From contig OX597821.1 in assembly GCA_951406725.2 (NCBI GenBank), forward strand, positions 44,454,001-44,518,000: a stretch of DNA of 64,000 nucleotides, given 5' to 3'. Positions within the stretch are counted from its first letter, which is position 1; each line of letters begins with the position of its first letter. A program made the position numbers and the translations under genes. The notes below the pieces were generated by a model. The model made no database searches and had not been told where the DNA came from. It was given only the letters and a program-made list of their open reading frames with translations. Source of the stretch: Octopus vulgaris. Its lineage: Eukaryota. Positions 52,387 through 64,000 of this stretch are shown here, piece by piece.

Positions 52387-52574
52387 AGGCACAGGCATAG
52401 GCTGTGTGGTAAGAAGCTTGTTTCCCAACTACATGGTTCTGGGTTCAGTCCCACTGAATGGCACCTTGGACAAGTGTCTTCTACTATAGCCTCAGGCCAA
52501 CCAAAGCCTTGTGAGTGGATTTGGTAGGCAGAAACTGAAAGAAGCCCATTGTATATATATATATACATATATAT
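52387..52574 (+). mobile_element. SINE family A 5' half
   Basis: Head and CORE region up to the central (TA)n. Confidence 0.85.
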
Positions 52575-53395
52575 TACCGGTGAAGACTGGTTAATAGGGT
52601 TACGCTAAGTTTCTCACCATAAAGGGTACCTTTATGGTGTATCTTCAGACCCTAAAACCTGTTGGCTTATGGCCTCTTTAAAATATGGAGGTATAAACGA
52701 TACAGATCCAAACAATGAGGATTATCTCCTTCCAGCTCTGTTGTCCTCCTTCAGCTACACCACCTGTCTGTTATGAGGGTAAAAGGTAGGGGTTATCTCC
52801 TACTCTCATCAGCAATCAGTTTCCAGCTGTGGTATAATTATTGCTTAAACCGCTATTACCACTATTATGCAGTTCTCAAAATGGTAACAGAAATCTCCAT
52901 TCTGGAGTTCAGTATGGTCCTGGTATGTGCGAGTTTTTCAGGATTTCCATGCGTTTGGGTACACATAGCTTGCAGCGTTTCGTTCCATTGCTGTACAGAC
53001 TCAGACGGTAGAGGAATCTCCATGATATCGAGTATGGAATTCTATCTTCCTTCAGTTGCCAGATATGGCTGGCCAGCGATTTTACATATCTCCTTTCCGG
53101 GACCCTGAAGGAGGATCTATGGTTGGAAGGATGTTTCTTAAAGGAAGTTCCCACGCAACTAATGTAATTCTTTGGCTGTGTGGAGTCGGTGACGTGCCTG
53201 TTATTAATGTCGGTGCTGTTGTTGTTGCGGTTGTAGTTGTCGATGTTGTTGCTGCTGCTGGCGCTACCAATGGTGTTGATTCTGGTGGTGCTGTTGGTGG
53301 TGGCGTCACTGGAGATGGTGGTTGTGTCGGTAGTGTTACTGCCTCTGCGTATGTTGCCGGTGATGCATGTGTTGATGTTATTAAGCTTGACGATG
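52575..53395 (-). mobile_element. Penelope-like (Naiad-type, inferred) 3' fragment inserted into the SINE microsatellite
   Basis: Asn/Thr-rich linker then KNYISCVGTSFKKHPSNHRSSF...LASHIWQLKE...ISWRFL...YSNGTKRCKLC.../LNSRMEI; pLTR with hammerhead. Confidence 0.85.
52595..52654 (-). ncRNA. Type I hammerhead ribozyme, core intact
   Basis: tagggt-CTGAAGA-ta caccataaagg tac cctttatggtg a-GAAAC ttagc GTA-acccta. Confidence 0.85.
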
Positions 53396-53620
53396 TATAT
53401 ATTTGTGTGTTTGTGCCTATGTTTGACAACCGATGTTGGTGTGTTATGTCACCGTAACTAAGCGGTTTGGCAATAGAGACCGATATAATAAGAGCTAGGC
53501 TTACAAAAGAATAAGTTCTGGGGTCGATTTGTTCAACTAAGATCAATTTTATTCGACTTAAGGTAGTGCTCCAGCATGGCCCCAGTCAAATGACTGAAAC
53601 AAATAAAAGAATAATAAGAA
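53396..53620 (+). mobile_element. SINE family A 3' half
   Basis: ttgacaaccgatgttggtgtg...gtgctccagcatggccccagtcaaatgactgaaacaa. Confidence 0.85.
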
Positions 53621-53659
53621 TGATGCTCCTACTGTTACAGAGGGGTCTGCCACACATAC

Positions 53660-53814
53660 CTCCCAGCCACTGCCAGCGAGTATAGCTTCAAGCCTAATTT
53701 TTAAAAGGAAATTTTGGGGGTCGTCTTGTATATCCAGTCTATTTATAGACCAACATATGCGGAGGCTCGCTACTCCCTTAAACAATTCCATAACCCATAG
53801 CATGGAAATAATAT
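53660..53814 (-). CDS. Candidate coding exon (IISMLWVMELFKGVASLRICWSINRLDIQDDPQNFLLKIRLEAILAGSGWE)
   Basis: Donor GAG|GTATGT; acceptor ttcaaag| (155 nt, phase 1-0) or ttttgtag| at 53848 (189 nt, phase 0-0); only one open frame. Confidence 0.4.
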
Positions 53815-54629
53815 CTTTGAAATATAATTTTTCGATCAGCAAAATAAACTACAAAAGAATTACAACAAATGCTCATGACACAAGGACAACGATAATGATT
53901 ATTGTAATGATGACGGGCAAACTTATTCTGGTGGTGCTAATTAAAAAAAAAAGTCTGGAAGTCATAAATCACATGCAACTGAATGGTTCAGCAAGAAATT
54001 ATTCGAAGAATACACGTGAGAAAGTCAGATCGTAATAAATAGGAAAAACTGAAAGTTTTTAATGTTTGAAGTAAAAAAAAAAGCAACTAATTATATACAG
54101 TTTGTTGATGAAAACGTGAATATAAGTTCGATAGATGGATTTATCCAAAATCGATTCTAAAGTTTGAATCGATCTTTGTTCAAAGACGGCGACATTAAAT
54201 GCAAAAACTTAACAAGGTAGAAATATCGAACATCAAAAATCGAGAGTAAAAACTAGTAAAAGACTGATATGGAATTGAATTTACATGCGAAGAAAGGTGA
54301 GAAGTTTGGTTGATTGAGGACAGTTATAGAATCGGTATTTTAAATGCTAATATCCTTATATTAATTGTCTTAATGTTTGATACGCAGTAATTACAGTGAA
54401 AATTTATCCACAAAAACGACTGGACATTATATATTGATAGTGCAATACTGAAATGATCAATAAAAAGTAACAAAAATAAAATTTGATTTAAAATATGACG
54501 ATGATATGGCGAAAACTTTAGTCCAATATTACCTCAAAACTTGAATTATAATTGCTAAAGTCAAAAACAACAGCTACAATTTGGTCCAAAAGTGATTCTC
54601 CAAACCAGAACTACTTGTGTGCAATGACT

Positions 54630-54955
54630 ACATTCCTGGTTGCATGGTTAAGAAGTTCGTTTCGCAACCACGCGGTTCTACGTTCGAACCGACAGTTAGT
54701 TTGTCTTTAGAGTAGAATTTCGAAGACGGAAATTGCTTGAAAAATCTGTCGTCTTGTGTGTGCGTGTGCGTGTGCGTGCGTAAGAGAGAGAGAGAGTGTG
54801 TGTGTGTGTGTGTGTGTAAGAGAATGAGAAAGATAGTGTGTGTGCGCTTATGTCCTCCATAGTCATCTTTCATTGTTCATTTCTATGTATTACGAAAACT
54901 CTTGAAGATTATGCCCCAACATGGTCGTTGTGCAATGACTGAAGGAAGACAAAAA
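54630..54955 (+). mobile_element. Old SINE family A-related copy
   Basis: tggttaagaagttcgtttcgcaaccacgcggttctacgttcgaacc head; atgccccaacatggtcgttgtgcaatgactgaa tail. Confidence 0.6.
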
Positions 54956-55942
54956 GAACAATGAACACCATTCTTAGTCCTCAGACAAAGAAAATGTTAA
55001 TTCATCTTAAAAAGAAAAGAATTCTGATTCTATGATACAAGCTTTATGTTTTAAAATGGTCTAAATGAAAACCTTCCACGAAAATTTCACGTTAATTTAG
55101 GTTCCAAACAATAGCTTAATACCTACAAATGTATTTTATTAAATCCTTCATTATTTTAAAAAATAAACTGAAATAAAGGCAGTGTATCTCAACAGAAATA
55201 TAACTAAAGTGTTGAATAATTTTCTCCTGTTTCGTTCTCAAACGTTAATTTTTTTCACTTAAAAATATTGGTGTTTTTGATTAAGTATTTCAGGTGAACT
55301 TGAAGTTAAGTGAGATAAAAAAAAATTATCAATCGCTTTAGGAAATTGTAAGCAATTTCGTAATTTCAAGTCGTATACAAATTGTCGGTAAACTTAGGAA
55401 ATGTAATTCAATAGAAAACAGAAAGCGAACCACGTTTTCCTCTTATTTCTAGAATTAGAGTTCAGAAAACTTCGGTTTAACATTGTGGCATTAAATTTCT
55501 CTTTATATAATAATACTGTCAAACTCATATTTGAAATAAAATTTCCAAATTGCTACTTGGTTTCTTCCAAGGAAGAATATAGATGACATCGAAAAGGAGA
55601 TCAAAGAAGTGATTTCACGCCTTTCCCCCACAGTATCAGCAGCGTTGGAAAAAAGAGACTGCAAATCCATTAGGAAACTAGAATGATTCGTGGATCCAGT
55701 TCAACCACCTTTTGCTCTATGGGACTTTCCACAGAGTTCTAAGCTTAAAGATAATGGAGTATTTGTAAACCAATATTGAGAAGTCGTTTCGAGTCACAGT
55801 TGATGTCACAAACCTTCCATTAACAACATAACAGTTTATTTGCCATGAATTTAAAAACTTGTATAATGAAAAGAAACCAATGCACCCACACATTCACACA
55901 CGTATGTGTGTGTACGAATGTATGTATGTATTTATGTATGTA

Positions 55943-56090
55943 AGGTCACTCTTAGTGCTACTGGTGCAGCATGGTCGGACCGTCGGCTACATGGGTGGTT
56001 TTCGTTGAACGAAAAACAAAACCTGTCAAAGGGCAGTTGAAGCCAGTTGAGTCAATGGCTATACAACTGTGAGAGCCAGCCCACTTTTCA
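55943..56090 (+). mobile_element. Degenerate 5' piece of the 40035-40590 RTE-derived element
   Basis: ggtcactcttagtgctactggt...gcatggtcgg...gaaaaacaaaacctgtcaaagggc; follows (TATG)n. Confidence 0.6.
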
Positions 56091-56515
56091 ATGAGAAGGA
56101 AAAGTCTGATGTACCACCAGCGACTTTGTTTGCATTTAATGATGTAGACTAGTTCTTCTTTTGGGGAAAATGCATCCCTTGTTTAGAGTTTGGCCCTGTA
56201 AAAGGCATTTCCTCACTTTAAAAAGCATCAAGTACAAGCATCGCTTGATTTTTTTAAACATTCATATAATGTGTTGCATAATATGGCTGGCAATAGTATG
56301 AAAAATATCATGATGGAATGAAGGCTTGTGTCAGCGTGGGTGGTAAACTTTTGTGCAAAAGTGTGCAGGTCTCATGCAGAGCTGAAAAATCATATCCATG
56401 TTGCTCTAAGAGAACAATCAATCTTTGGCATTGCTCGAAATGGAGTTGCAACCAACATGTATGTACGTACGTACGGACAGACGGACGGATGGATATAGGC
56501 ATGTATGTGATAGAA

Positions 56516-57167
56516 CAGTGTTTCTCAATAGGGTCTACATGGCACTTGGTGGTCTATATAAAATTTTACTGTTTAAAATTTACCTGCATTAATTTGGCTA
56601 TACTTCTACAACGCACAAAATATTTTAATAATTATTTGTATACAGTTCCTAATAATATCTTTATATATAAAACTGTAGTTATGTGAGTGTCTGTCCCCTT
56701 CGATTTAGATTTCTAACTACTCCCACATTTTGCGGTGCAGTTTAACCAAAACCGGGTATCTTATAGTCGTGATTCATATCGAGCCCTTCTGGGTATTAGC
56801 GCGCGTCTACGATGAGTCTACGATTTAAAAAATAATTTACCATCATTTTTTTCCATTTTCATGCATATTTTTTAAAGGGAAGTAGCTCTCTAAAAATGTC
56901 TACGATGAGTCAACGATTTAAAAAAAAATTTACCATCATATTTTTCCATTTTTAATGCATTTTTTTGCTATTTTTTGGCTATAACTCTCTAAAAATGCTG
57001 TATAGTTATTTCCCTTACAAACCCGAGCAACGCCGGGCGATACTGCTAGTTTAATTATAAAAATATAATAGGATTTTTTTAAACATCAAATGGCTCGGAT
57101 TATCCATCCGAGTAAAACAGGAATCTAAGGGATCCATAGGTATAAAAAAAATGGTTGAGATACATTG
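56516..57167. mobile_element. hAT/Charlie-like MITE interrupted by a Helitron
   Basis: TIR cagtgtttctcaa / ttgagatacattg; 8-bp flanks tgatagaa / tgttagag. Confidence 0.7.
56658..57049 (+). mobile_element. Non-autonomous Helitron with internal duplication
   Basis: A|TCTTTATATATAAA...acccgagcaacgccgggcgatactgCTAG|T; gtctacgatgagtc.acgatttaaaaaa occurs twice. Confidence 0.9.
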
Positions 57168-58061
57168 TGTTAGAGGAATGAAATAACTATTTCGAGTTTA
57201 CTCTTTTCTTTTATTGTATTTTTTTCTTTCTTGAATAAGTACGAAGATCCAGAACGAAACAAAAATAACTAAATATTCTGAGATTGGTTAAGAAAGGTTG
57301 CCATTCTGATTCAGTTGTGTAAATATCGACTTACCAAACATTAATGTGTGTGCGCGCGTGTGAAAGCTAGCACACATGCATGTGTGTATACGTATCTTGT
57401 AATATTTTGCTTGACATTCTTAAAACTGGTCAGCCATAAGAAGAAAAAAAACAATCGGATACAGAAGAGATACATACATACATACATACATACATACATG
57501 TGTGTGTGTGTGTTTTATGTATGTATGTATGTATGTATGTATGTATGTATGTATAACCTTATATCCCAGGATCTGTCAGTTGTATTCGGTTGTGAAGAAA
57601 GCTGTCAATTCTTTGAAGTATGTATGTGGATGTACGTGTGTATGAGAGAGTGTGTGTGTATGTGTGTGCTGCATTTTATCTCTAGAAAGTTCTGCAAATT
57701 ATCTTTTGTTGACATTGTTGTTTCGCCTCAAGTCAGCCTTGATAAATCAAAACTACTTCAACCGTGTCCATCCTATCTTTTCTTTCGAAGATAATATATC
57801 AAGGATTGCAACAGACAATATGTCTTTCTTTTTTTTCTGATTTTTATGTTGTTGTTTTTTTGGGGGGGTTTTTACGGCGGGATGTCATGCGTTGGAGGTT
57901 CGGTTGCTGTTTCTAAAAGTCTGGGCGGCTACTTAACGACTCACATATTTTCCAGTGTTGTTACTGCCGCTATAAATAAACGGATGCATAACGATGAGAA
58001 TAGCCAGTGGTATGGAATGTGGTACCCAAACTTTTCCTATCCACTGGCTGTTTTTACTTAC

Positions 58062-58181
58062 ATCCTACGTATTGTCGTTTTTTTTGCATTTGGTTCGAAA
58101 GCTTCTTGATGTGAATTCCTGTAATAAAACAGATTTTGCGGTATGAACGGAGAGTCATTGTGCCAATATGAAACACTCGCA
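58062..58181 (-). CDS. Candidate 120-nt symmetric coding exon
   Basis: Acceptor ttttttttctctctccag, donor GTAAGT; open as RVFHIGTMTLRSYRKICFITGIHIKKLSNQMQKKRQYVG (phase 1) or ASVSYWHNDSPFIPQNLFYYRNSHQEAFEPNAKKTTIRR (phase 2). Confidence 0.6.
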
Positions 58182-58215
58182 CTGGAGAGAGAAAAAAAAA
58201 TTACTTTTATTATTG

Positions 58216-58690
58216 CTGGCAGAAGCGGCAGCGTGTCAGAGAAAATGCCTAGTAGCATTTCTCCCGATTCTTTTACCTTCTGAGTTCAAAAACCACTGAG
58301 ATCAACTTTGCTTTTCATCCTTTCGCGGATGATGAAATAAATACCAGTACTGTTCTAGGATCGACTAGGGTCGATAAAATAAGCCCTAGTTGAGCATGGG
58401 GTCTGATGTAATTGACTTCACCTTACCCTCAAAACTGCTGGCCTTGTGCCAAAATTAGTAACGATTATCATTATGACCAGTAAGCTGCCCGAATCGTTTT
58501 TGCAGTGAACAAAATGCTTAAAGGCATTTCTTCTGGTTCTTTACGCTATGAGTTCAAATTCCGCTGAGGTTGGCTTTGCTTTTCGTTCTTTCAGGCTCGA
58601 TAAAAAGTATCAGGGAAGCACTGGGGTCGGGGTTAACGACTAACTTCCTCCCGCTGACGTTGCTGGCTATAAAATTTGAAACCATTATTG
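58216..58690 (+). mobile_element. Cluster of old Nin/Deu-domain SINEs
   Basis: Repeated gagttcaaa...gag(a/g)t...ctttgcttttc.t.ctttc.g motifs at ~58280 and ~58550. Confidence 0.7.
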
Positions 58691-58721
58691 TTGTTGTTGC
58701 TGCTGATGTTGTTGTTGTATT

Positions 58722-59109
58722 AGTGTAGGCGCAATGGCCCAGTGGTTAGGGCAGCGGACTCGCGGTCGTAGGATCGCGGTTTCGATTCCCAGACAGGGCG
58801 TTGTGAGTGTTTATTGAGCGAAAACACCTAAAAGCTCCACGAGGCTCCGGCAGGGATGGTGGTGATCCCTGCTGTACTCTTTCACCACAACTTTCTCTCA
58901 CTCTTACTTCCTGTTTCTGTTGTACCTGTATTTCAAAGGGCCGGCCTTGTCACTCTCTGTGTCACGCTGAATATCCCCGAGAACTACGTTAAGGGTACAC
59001 GTGTCTGTGGAGTGCTCAGCCACTTACACGTTAATTTCACGAGCAGGCTGTTCCGTTGATCGGATCAACCGGAACCCTCGTCGTCGTAACCGACGGAGTG
59101 CTTCCATCA
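58722..59109 (+). mobile_element. Young tRNA(Arg)-like SINE family B1 with 12-bp TSD
   Basis: A/B boxes, CpGs retained; TSD tgttgttgtatt at 58710-58721 and 59110-59121. Confidence 0.95.
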
Positions 59110-60669
59110 TGTTGTTGTATTGTAGCTAGTATTGCTGTACGCATGCGTTTGTTATTGGCATAAAGACCCTGCCAACATTCAACAAAATTCTACATGTGAA
59201 TGGAATACAAGAGTAAGATTCCACACTTTATAGACATTACCTCATACACTATAACATCCATTACCCAGAAAGTTAAGACATCAAACATTAACGAATATAC
59301 CTGTAGCATTGGATTCGAACCCGCGTTTTACCACATACGGATTTCAAATCACAATTCAATCATAGTTTGATAATGTACATAACCGAGATCTTATTCATTC
59401 AACGGCTGTTGTTCACGTGATAGTTTGTTAGTTCATCTGGAACTTTCTGTGAATAAAGTCTATATTTATAGTCAATAAATTCGCCAGTATCGTAGAATGT
59501 CGTAGACGTCCGAGTCGGCATCATGTTCTCCACTCACGCCAATTTTAGAGTGCCTTGAGTCGTGCTTCGATTTACTCACTCTATACATAGCTGTTCTAAC
59601 GGCTGCATATTCAGTCGAGGATATATAGAAGAAGAAAAAGAAGACATGACACGGCACCAGTATATTTACTTAATATTTAAAAACTAGCCCAAGTGTTAAA
59701 CTTCGAACAGACATTTTCCTTGCATGTCGTATTATGCTACTTTCACCTTACCGTTTCCATTAAATGTAATGCACGAACATCTTTTCATTCTAATGCAACA
59801 CAATAAATTATGTTCAAATGCTTATGCGGTGTTGTGAAATTGCTACATGAATTTTTCTGTTAACCTAGTTTTATATGGGAACAATACGCAGCCTTAACAA
59901 TATCCAAATTACCCATCAAACCTCGTTTTATACCATTTGAAAGACACGACAATAAATCCAACACTTTAAGAATACCTTCATTCATAACATCTTAAACAGT
60001 CCAAACATCTCATTGTGGGAATTAGCCTCCCACTTTGGTGTTAATTAATGTTTATTAAGATTGCAGAATGTAGGACTCGGTGATTGACAGCGATTGACGG
60101 TGATTTACGGTAACTAGTTCACTAGGTTCAAACCCTTTCAAGGTCGCCTAAAATAGATTTTCATCAATTATACTCCACTCCTACGCCACCACTGACTTCT
60201 TAAGATCGATAACATAAGTTCCTGTAATATACTGAAATAGATTATATCGATTTTACACCTCTCCTACACTACCACAGGCTTGTTAATGTGTTTGATATAA
60301 AGCTAAAGAAATCGATACTTAGAATAAAAATCAGTCAATATTTCATAGATAAAAAGAAGGCGGCGAGCTTGCAGAAACGATGAAGCTTCAGACTAAAATG
60401 CTTTGCAGTATACTGAGTTCAAATCCCATCGGAACCGACTTTATGTCTCCTTACTTGGAGTTCGACGAAATATGGAGGAAGCTGTACACAAGGATCATAT
60501 CCACCACTTATATTTTCTTTCTCAACAAACGTTGGTCAGGTGACTAGACCAAATAAATCAAAATGTTAGATTTAAAAGCTTTTATTGAAACAAGTAAACA
60601 ACAAAGCTGGACAAGACATTTCTAATTACTTAATGATTCTAAATTTAAATCTCATCTAGTTTGAAATAA

Positions 60670-60880
60670 TTCTTTCTAATTTTGGTACAAGACCAAGAGT
60701 TTGAGAAGAGTGATCTTGCCGATTACATCGACCCCTGTGCTAACTGGTACTTATTTTATCGACCTCGAAAGAATGAAAAGCAAAATCAACCTCGGCAACA
60801 TTTGAACCCAGGGTGTAAAATCAAAACAAATTGTTAAGCATTTTTGTGTGACAGACTGACAATTCTGGCAACTCGTTGCA
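60670..60880 (-). mobile_element. Nin/Deu-domain SINE
   Basis: ctggtacttattttatcgacctcgaaagaatgaaaagcaaaatcaacctcggc. Confidence 0.8.
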
Positions 60881-61469
60881 TTTTTTCTTTTCTTTTCTTT
60901 TTTTTTTTCATTTGAAATAATCAGATAAATACTAGGGATCATCAATTCAATCAGTTATGTTTTTACAATTATGAAATTGGTTTTACATGGACTTGTTGCG
61001 AGGAAAATGTTGGTTTAATTATCTTAGCAAGACAATCAATTTTGGTGGATGTATAATGGGAGATTGAGATGTTCATGTTTCACACAAGAATGTAACAGGT
61101 AGTAAAGCCATGATTCGATCTCCATGGCATATCTGCCAACTTTTATTTATTGTTGTGTTTCCATTAAGCTGGCAATACAAAGTTGTTAGCTTTTTATTTT
61201 TATTAATTTTTTTTCTGCCTTAACCGACCGATCAGATGTGTCCTTCAGGCAAAGTCAAGTTGGTTGAAGCCTCGCATCTAAGAAGGTCAACAGCTGCCAC
61301 TACAACCCTTTTAATTGCAGCACACACCATTGTCATTGCCATCGAAACAAGCTATGGAATATTGACACACAGACATCCAAACAACTTTTCAAGACACTAT
61401 TATCAGAGAACCACAGCTTGCTTTCTCACTAACACACACACAAGCATACACACACACACACTCACGCAA

Positions 61470-61546
<77 letters not shown>

Positions 61547-61578
61547 TACATGCATGCATGCATGCATGCATGCATGCA

Positions 61579-61611
<33 letters not shown>

Positions 61612-61661
61612 TGTATTTCGGGGTCATCGTTTTATTTTTTTTATCTATTTATTATTATTTT

Positions 61662-62337
61662 GGGATATTTACCTTTTGACCGACAATAGTATTTTGTAAC
61701 TAAACACTTTCAAACTTTGGACACTGGTAGAGTGTATCATATAAAACATCTTTTGATCTTAGCGTTTTTGAGAAAAGCTTATACATAGCAAGTTATTTCA
61801 CGATAAAGTTGTAGTATTTCGGTAATTTCAACTAATCAATGAAGTGTATTCAGCTGAATAAAATTACTGCTGTTGTTTGTCAACAAGAACTTCCGGTGGT
61901 GTACATTTCATTTGTCACTGTTATTTATGACAACCCTAACCCTAAAACCTTAACCCTGACCCTAAAACCCTAACCCTAAAACCCTAACCCTAAAACCCTA
62001 ACCCTAAAACCCTAACCCTAAAACCTAAAAGCTAAAACCAGTACAATTGCACGAACGATGTCATAAATGACAGTGACAAACGAAAAATACACCGCCGATA
62101 GTTGTTGTTGACAAACAACGGCAGTAATGTTATTCAGCTGAATACACGTCATTGATTGGTTGAAATTACCGAAATACGAGAACTTTAACGTGAAATAACT
62201 TCCTAAATATAAGCTTTTCTCAAAAACGCTAAGAGCAAAAGGTATTTTACATGACGCATTCTACCAGTGTCCGAAGTTTGAAAGTGTTTAGTTACAAAAA
62301 ACTTTTTTTAAATCTGTCGGTGAAAAGGTAAAGATCC
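61662..62337. mobile_element. Mutator-like foldback element (~270-bp TIRs, 9-10-bp TSD) with telomere-like loop
   Basis: 61663-61932 pairs with 62059-62337; TSD (t)tattatttt on both sides. Confidence 0.88.
61933..62038. repeat. Interstitial telomere-like array (CCCTAA-CCCTAAAA)n
   Basis: Direct observation; 14-bp higher-order unit. Confidence 0.92.
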
Positions 62338-62562
62338 TTATTATTTTTTTTTCCCCCAAATAAACACATGTACTATATATATTTAGTGCGTGTGTTTATT
62401 TGGCAAAAAAAAAACAAATAAATAATTAATAAATTTATAAATAAATAAATAAATAAAATGACTATCTCGGCTCACTTTGGCCTGGTTTTTTCCCGCTCGC
62501 CGCCATTGGTAAAGAAAATAAATAAATAAAAATTTCTTGATCCTGTTTCGTTTTGGATTTGT

Positions 62563-62960
62563 TTTTACTCTTTTACTTGTTTCAGTCATTTGACTGCGGC
62601 CATGCTGGAGCACCGCCTTTAGTCGAGCAAATCGACCCCGGGACTTATTCTTTGTAAGCCCAGTACTTATTCTATCGGTCTCTTTTGCCGAACCGCTAAG
62701 TGACGAGGACGTAAACACACCAGCATCGGTTGTCAAGCAATGCTAGGGGGACAAACACACACACACATACACACATATATATAGATATGTATATACATAT
62801 ATACGACAGGCTTCTTTCAGTTTCCGTCTACCAAATCCACTCACAAGGCATTGGTCGGCCCGGGGCTATAGCAGAAGACACTTGCCCAAGATGCCACGCA
62901 GTGGGAGTGAACCCGGAACCATGTGGTTGGTTAGCAAGCTACTTACCACACAGCCACTCC
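62563..62960 (-). mobile_element. Young SINE family A copy
   Basis: Nearly identical to 47777-48172. Confidence 0.95.
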
Positions 62961-63069
62961 TATATAAATTTGGATGGAAAATGAAAACCTCGCTGAAGAT
63001 GAACATTTTTTTTTTATTGTCACGCTGGTAACTTCTTTGTGGACTGTGGTCACCTGTTTTTACCAATTC

Positions 63070-64000
63070 ATAATCGTGCATTTTTCATAGCGGACCTCTC
63101 ATCACACAAACTTTTCCTTGTGGATTCTGGTGCTGACTGCAGTATTTGACCGGTAAAATTCATTAAGGATAAACCTCCTCTTTCTGCAATTAACCTGCAA
63201 ACGATAAAGCATTCACCAATTCAAACATCTGGTCAAATCTCGCTTTCTTTGGATCCGAATTTACGTCGTGATTTTAAATGGGTTTTCATCATAGCTGAAT
63301 TTTAGGTGCAAATTTTTCCCACCATTATTCGCTTTGAGTAGATGTTCGTAAACATCGTCTTTTGGATAGCTCTACGAAGCTATTTTTGGCAGGAATTTGA
63401 ATACTCCATCAGTTAAGCTAACATTTTTTATCACGGTGTCTGGAGACTTATATTAGTCACTTTTTGACTCTTTCCCGGAGCTCACCAACCCGCATTTTCA
63501 AGCAAGTAATCCTACTCACTCTACAAAACATTTCATTTCGATGACTGGTGCTCCTGTGTTTTCACGTCCTCGTCACCTGCCTCCGGACAAACTAAAGGCA
63601 GCAAAGGCTGAGTTTGACCACATGCTTCAACTTGGAATTATCTGCCCTTCCACAAGTCCATGGGCCTCTCCACTGCATATGGTCCCTAAGGCTTCTGGAG
63701 ATTGGAGACCTATGTTGAAGACTAAATTCTATGACGGTTTCTGATAGATACCCTATTCTTCATCTTCATGATTTTTCGTCATCTTTGCATGAATATACAG
63801 TATTTTCTAAGCTCGATCTTGTGCGAGCTATAAGCATCAGATTCCAGTTATCCCGGAAGATATTCTGAAAACTGCAGTAACAACTCCATTCGACTCTTTT
63901 GAATTCTTGTCTATGCAATTTGGGCTTAGGAATGCTGCCAGAACATTTCAGCGATTCATAGACGAAGTTATTCGTGGCTTGGATTTTGTCTATGCCTACT
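63070..64000 (+). pseudogene. Gypsy/Ty3 pol pseudogene (protease and RT), continues past the window edge
   Basis: FLVDSGADCS; SPWASPLHMVPKASGDWRP; DRYPI; FSKLDLVRA; KTAVTTPF; FGLRNAARTFQRFIDEVIRGLDFVYAY; stops and frameshifts. Confidence 0.95.

Noticed and set aside
53082-53546. 154-aa mucin-like Thr/Pro ORF with apparent signal peptide
   Set aside because: N-terminus is antisense SINE sequence; the rest is an alternative frame of the Penelope low-complexity linker.
55545-55830. Possible Penelope RT remnant (VTVDVTNL)
   Set aside because: Single short motif, too degraded to support.
58728-58800. Possible tRNA gene (also 11530-11600, 18696-18766, 46218-46278)
   Set aside because: No proper acceptor stem; each continues into, or matches, a retroelement body.
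59302-59607. Possible second solo LTR (TGTAGC...GCTGCA)
   Set aside because: No convincing TSD or second copy in the window.
61933-62038. Chromosome end or fusion scar
   Set aside because: Short, single-orientation array enclosed by transposon TIRs and a TSD.

Overview
AT-rich, microsatellite-dense eukaryotic DNA. The repeat families (tRNA-derived CORE-type SINEs, Nin/Deu-domain SINEs, RTE LINEs with (GAT)n tails) point to an octopus or related coleoid cephalopod genome; this is inferred from repeat content only. No intact protein-coding gene or autonomous transposon is visible. The window is mostly nested, decayed mobile elements: CR1, RTE, BovB-like, Hero and Dong/R4 LINE pieces, two Gypsy remnants, mariner, piggyBac, hAT and Mutator-like DNA elements, Helitrons, and at least four Penelope-like (GIY-YIG) remnants. 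A few isolated candidate host exons are present (a minus-strand set at about 58.1, 53.7, 51.1 and 16.0 kb; a plus-strand terminal exon at 12.2 kb). Most notable: (i) a Penelope element whose inverted pseudo-LTRs combine a tRNA-derived Pol III head, an (AAT)n tract and a hammerhead ribozyme; (ii) several further minimal hammerheads, one with a compensatory U3-A8 core; (iii) a Mutator-like foldback carrying a telomere-like array in its loop; (iv) an RTE LINE with a PHD finger next to its RT domain. All calls come from reading and hand-translating the sequence; no database search was run, and boundaries of old repeats are approximate.
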